DNA of 54,808 nucleotides, the filler included, from Jimgerdemannia flammicorona (lineage: Eukaryota), in NCBI GenBank assembly GCA_003990765.1. It is 3 parts of 3 records of this genome, joined end to end, with 100 filler letters (N's around TTAATTAATTAA, not from the genome) between each part and the next. Parts side by side here need not be neighbours in the genome. Positions count along the whole stretch, not along the records: positions 36,611 to 54,808 come from RBNJ01002265.1; 2 more parts are not named here. One strand, written 5' to 3'. Position 1 is the stretch's first letter. The number at the start of each line of letters is the position of its first letter. The position numbers were made by a program, and so were the translations under genes. Shown one piece after another: positions 50,915 through 54,808 of this stretch. The notes beneath the pieces are model-generated. The model had not been told where the DNA came from and did no database searches. It was given only the letters and a program-made list of their open reading frames with translations.

Positions 50915-51317
50915 TGTAACATTTTAGCATAGTTTATTTCTTTTCTTTATCTTTCTTCAATATTCTATAATCTTCCAGTACTTTCCAAATGCTTAGAAAT
51001 TTTTTCTTGGCACCGAGCATTAACTAGTACTTATTTAGTTAGTTACTGAATGTCCTGGAAACTTGTAGAACTTTATTTATCATCATTTGTCATCTTTGCT
51101 GAGAACTTTCCTCTTGGCATTTTCCTTTGATTTCTCAGATCCTTCTGGATTCTTCTTTCAGATCTTGTATAAATATCTCCTTTGTTCTCATGAATAAAGT
51201 CTCAGAATATTTTCTCTCAGAAATCCTTCAAGAATACTTGAATCCTTAGTATCTCTTTGAGCTACTTAGGACTACCAGAATTAGTCACTTCCTCATTTAG
51301 AAACTAGAATCATTACA
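50915..51317 (+). repeat. 3' LTR
   Basis: Follows the polypurine tract AAGGAGGGGGAGA and precedes TSD ACACT. Confidence 0.95.
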
Positions 51318-54300
51318 ACACTCTAGAATAACTCTTTACTACTACTATAGCCTATGTCCATTGAGTTGTTACATTCTTCTGAGGACCTGCTGAAGAATGA
51401 TAGCAAATCCTTTCTGAAAAACCCCTTATATGGGATACCTAACCTATAGTTGTTGCTTAAAATATAGCAAATAATGTCTCAGGATATAGAGCTCATCCTA
51501 TAGCCCCTGGACTCAAACAACTTATAATTGCTCAATACTATAGTAAAACTCTGATTGTTGAATCTTGAGTCAAACTCTACAACCTCAAATTTGATATATA
51601 TAGTAAGGAGAAATTTGAAACCTTCTGTATAAAACTTAAGTCACTCCTGAACACTGTCAGCCTAGAATATATTACCAATGATGAAGCACAAAATAGTACA
51701 AGAGCAGACCATTTATTTGATGTACTACCTGAATGGTTTACAAGAAAAATCTAAGAACAAGGATGTCCAGTTGATTGTGACTACCAATAATAGTACTTGG
51801 TAAGAATCAAGACTATGGTCAAGTGAATCCTGATGGCTAGACCAATTCTGTCTCAAAGACAATTCAACAACAGAGAAAAGACTTGGATCAAGAAAAAAGA
51901 ACCCAAGTATGAAGTATCCCAAGCTCTCTCTATATCTACATTATGGACACCCTAAAATCATGAATCCATCTAGCCAAGTATCTTCAAGAAACTTACTAAA
52001 GAGAAAGAAATAAACTTTGAAGAAGTAGAGCATGTTTCTATTACTGAAAGACAGGATACATGGTCAGTGTCTGCCCTAATCGAAAACTCTGAACAATAAT
52101 ATGAGCAACTATTACCACTCTGCACCACCTCAACAATCTGACTACCAAGATATTGAACTTTGTTAAGTTAAGGTAAACAGCCAAGGCCCTAATCAAAGAA
52201 AGTCAAAAAGTAGCCAGATATGACCTATATACAGCTAAAGAAGCTATAGTTTCCAACTGAGAAGTTAAGCAAGTCTATACTAGAATTAGCATCCAGATCC
52301 CAAAAGGACATATTGGAAGAATATGCTGTCACAGCAGCCTAGTATTAAAAGGACTCTCAGTAGAAGGAAGAGTCATTAATAAAGATTACATAAGTAAAAT
52401 TATTATCCTTATCTGAAACCACAGTTGAACACTCTTTAAGATCCCTATTGGTTTCTATATTGCCCAGATTCTATTTGAAAAAATCAAGTCAACTCTGATA
52501 ATCAAGGAAGTCTCTGAACTACTGTCTACTATTTGAAGATCTAGAGAATTTGACTTATCAAATAAGATCTCAGCCCAATATACTATAAGCAAAGAAGAAC
52601 AATTCTATAAGAAAATCAAAAAGAAATATATACCAAGTGACTGATGCCTCCATGGTGTTGAAATGTACTTTTCTGAATAATTGACAATTGCTTCTCTTGT
52701 ATTAATGAACTGACCCAAAGGAGAACTAACAGAAGGAAAGCTCCTATAACTAAAATCACTACTATTAGATCAGACAAACTGCTTACACTCCAAGCTTTTG
52801 TTAACTGAGCACCTATCAAGATTATGATAGACAGTGGTGCCTCAGACAACTTTATCAATGAAGAAATAGCCAACAGGCTCAAGGTTCTGACCTCTCTGGT
52901 ATAATAGACTCAAGCAATTGCTACAGCAGATAGAATCTTTCATGTCATTAGTAAGGAAGTCCACAACCTACCCTTCTAAATTGGTGACTATTGAGTATAT
53001 GTTACCCTTCAGATTATACTACTTCCTAATAATGAAATCATCCTTAGGACTCTATGATTAAAATAAGAAAACCCCATAATCAATTGGGTAAACCATTCTC
53101 TGACTATCAAGAAAGGACACCACAACTTCAAACTGTAAGGTAAAAAAGACCTACTCAGTTCTAGTAACTCTGGACTAAAGATCACCCACATCAATAAGCT
53201 ATAGCTTAAGAAATTGGCTAAGAAATGTTCTCTTTTTGCTATCTCTATCTGACCATCCAAAGGAGAACCTGAGAACTCTAAAGAAGATTTTTCCAAAGTT
53301 GACAGCTACATCAGACCCCTACTTTAGAAATTCTGAGATATATTTCCAAAGAAACTCCTGAAAGGTCTACCATCTAAATAAGCAGTAAACTATATCATCA
53401 AGACTATCTCAGATGCCAAGCCAGCCTTCAAGTTAATCTACCACATGTCTTCAAGAGAAATTGACATACTTAAGAAAGAGATTGATGAACTTCTAGAATA
53501 AGAATTCATTAGACCCAGTGTATTACTCTATAGTACACTAGTCCTCTTTGTTGTCAAAAAAGGAGAAGATCTATAAATATATATAGACTACTGTGATCTT
53601 AATGAGTAAACAATCAAGAACTACTGCCCTCTACTCAGAATCGATGAAATATTTGATAGACTTATGAACCCACAATTCATGAGCTCTTTTGATCTGTGAA
53701 ATGACTATTAGCAAATTGCCATAAAAGAAGAAAATATCTACAAGATAGTCTTCCAAACTCACTATAGACATTTTGAGTTTTTGGTTATACCTTTTGGCTT
53801 AACTAATGCTCCTGCAATCTTCCAGACTCTGATGAATACCATTCTGTATCTATATCTAGACAAATTTATTATTATTTATATTAATGACATCCTAGTCTTC
53901 AGCAAAACCCTGAAGGACCATCTTGAACATCTTGAACTAGTACTACTGAAACTCTAAAAAAACTGACTCTTTGTAAAACTCAGTAAATGTGAATTTCTCT
54001 TAAAGGAAATTCAATTCCTTGGACATATTGTCATACCTAATAAAATCAAAGTAAACCCTAGCAAAATTTCTGCAATCAACAATTGGCCTAGATCTAAGAA
54101 GCTGAAAGACCTCTCTAGTTATTTCTGGGATTAGTAAACTATTACTGGTGATTTATTGCCAACTTTGCCAAGATTGCTACTATTCTTATCCAAATAACTA
54201 AGTATAGTAAGAAAGAAGAACAGCTCTGAACCATGAAATAAGAGAAAAACTTTTAAGCCCTGAAGGATACCTTGATAACCACTCCAGTACTTCAAATGAC

Positions 54301-54427
54301 AAACCCTACCCTACTATATAAAGTTACCACTGATGCCTCTGACCTAACTCTTAGAGCAGTACTCATACAAGAAGGACACTCTGTAGCCTATTATTCTTGT
54401 AAGTTCAATGATACTGAAATTAACTAT

Positions 54428-54808
54428 TGTGACGTCTACAATTGACCCTATCCAAATTCAGAGTACCCTGTGACCACAAGATCAGACGACATTATGGTGC
54501 GATAACTGGTGACCAGCCCAATCCGTCAAGTGATTTCACCAAAAGAAGACAAGATGACCCAAGCCAAAATGAAGACCATGTTATTTAAGGAACCCTACTC
54601 CACCTCAAGGATCAGCACCAAAGAACCAAGTACCCACCATACAATGCCTCCTATTCGCCGAACCAACCAGACCTCCCGCCACTCTACCCCTTTGCCTGGC
54701 CCAAAGACCCTGATCTTTGAAGCTATCAAGAAGGCCATCTGGCGCCCAGATACTTCCGAACACTTGAACTTCTACACTGAAGACCTTGGACACTTCATCA
54801 ACTACCGG
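54428..54808. mobile_element. Probable younger insertion (LTR-like TG start) interrupting the host RNase H
   Basis: The host frame ends at ...TEINY, then TGTGACG begins sequence with more CpG. It runs off the contig end. Confidence 0.5.

Larger units (their letters stand above)
45283..51317 (+). mobile_element. Full-length Ty3/Gypsy chromovirus with dUTPase, inactivated by point mutations
   Basis: 403-bp TG...CA LTRs at 45283-45685 and 50915-51317, TSD ACACT (45278-45282, 51318-51322), decayed PBS at 45688, PPT at 50902-50914. Internal order: gag, CFFCHQPGHIATKC, dUTPase (PRSGLS, GAGVIDPDF), protease LIDSGA, RT VYIDDILIFS, RNase H, integrase HHCC plus core, chromodomain EYEVEKILDK...YLVKW...ATWE (~50430-50600). 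Confidence 0.96.
44087..54427 (+). mobile_element. Older decayed Ty3/Gypsy host element (PBS, gag split by nested insertion, CCHC, dUTPase, protease, RT, start of RNase H)
   Basis: PBS-like TGGTAGCAGCAG at 44087, and gag resumes at 51323. Relics: CFYY*KTGYMVSVCP knuckle ~52030; dUTPase IQIPKGHIGRICCHSSLVLKGLSVEGRVINKDY ~52290; protease IMIDSGASDNFI ~52820; RT PFGLTNAP and IYINDILVFS ~53790-53900. Confidence 0.85.

Overview
This is a fungal window made of three unrelated contigs of near-identical length (1-18205, 18306-36510, 36611-54808), joined by artificial N-TTAATTAATTAA-N linkers. Gene style suggests an early-diverging lineage such as Mucoromycota; that is an inference. Contig 1 is GC-rich gene space with five intron-containing genes: a DNF3-like P4-ATPase, ATP10, IML2/TTC39, an orphan 7-TM protein and a RAX1-like RGS protein. 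Contig 2 is a repeat graveyard. It holds two decayed LINEs, one interrupted by a full-length processed ARPC1 retrocopy with poly(A) and an 11-bp TSD. It also holds a 3.75-kb 18-bp satellite, a 1.44-kb palindrome, and a hAT transposase relic. The hAT relic is interrupted by a young Penelope-like element with no C-terminal endonuclease, whose terminal repeats carry an inverted-repeat-bounded hairpin cassette. Contig 3 is nested Ty3/Gypsy elements, three of which carry a dUTPase between gag and protease. Repeats show near-exclusive C>T/G>A decay at CpA and CpG (RIP-like). All calls come from manual reading and translation; no searches were run.
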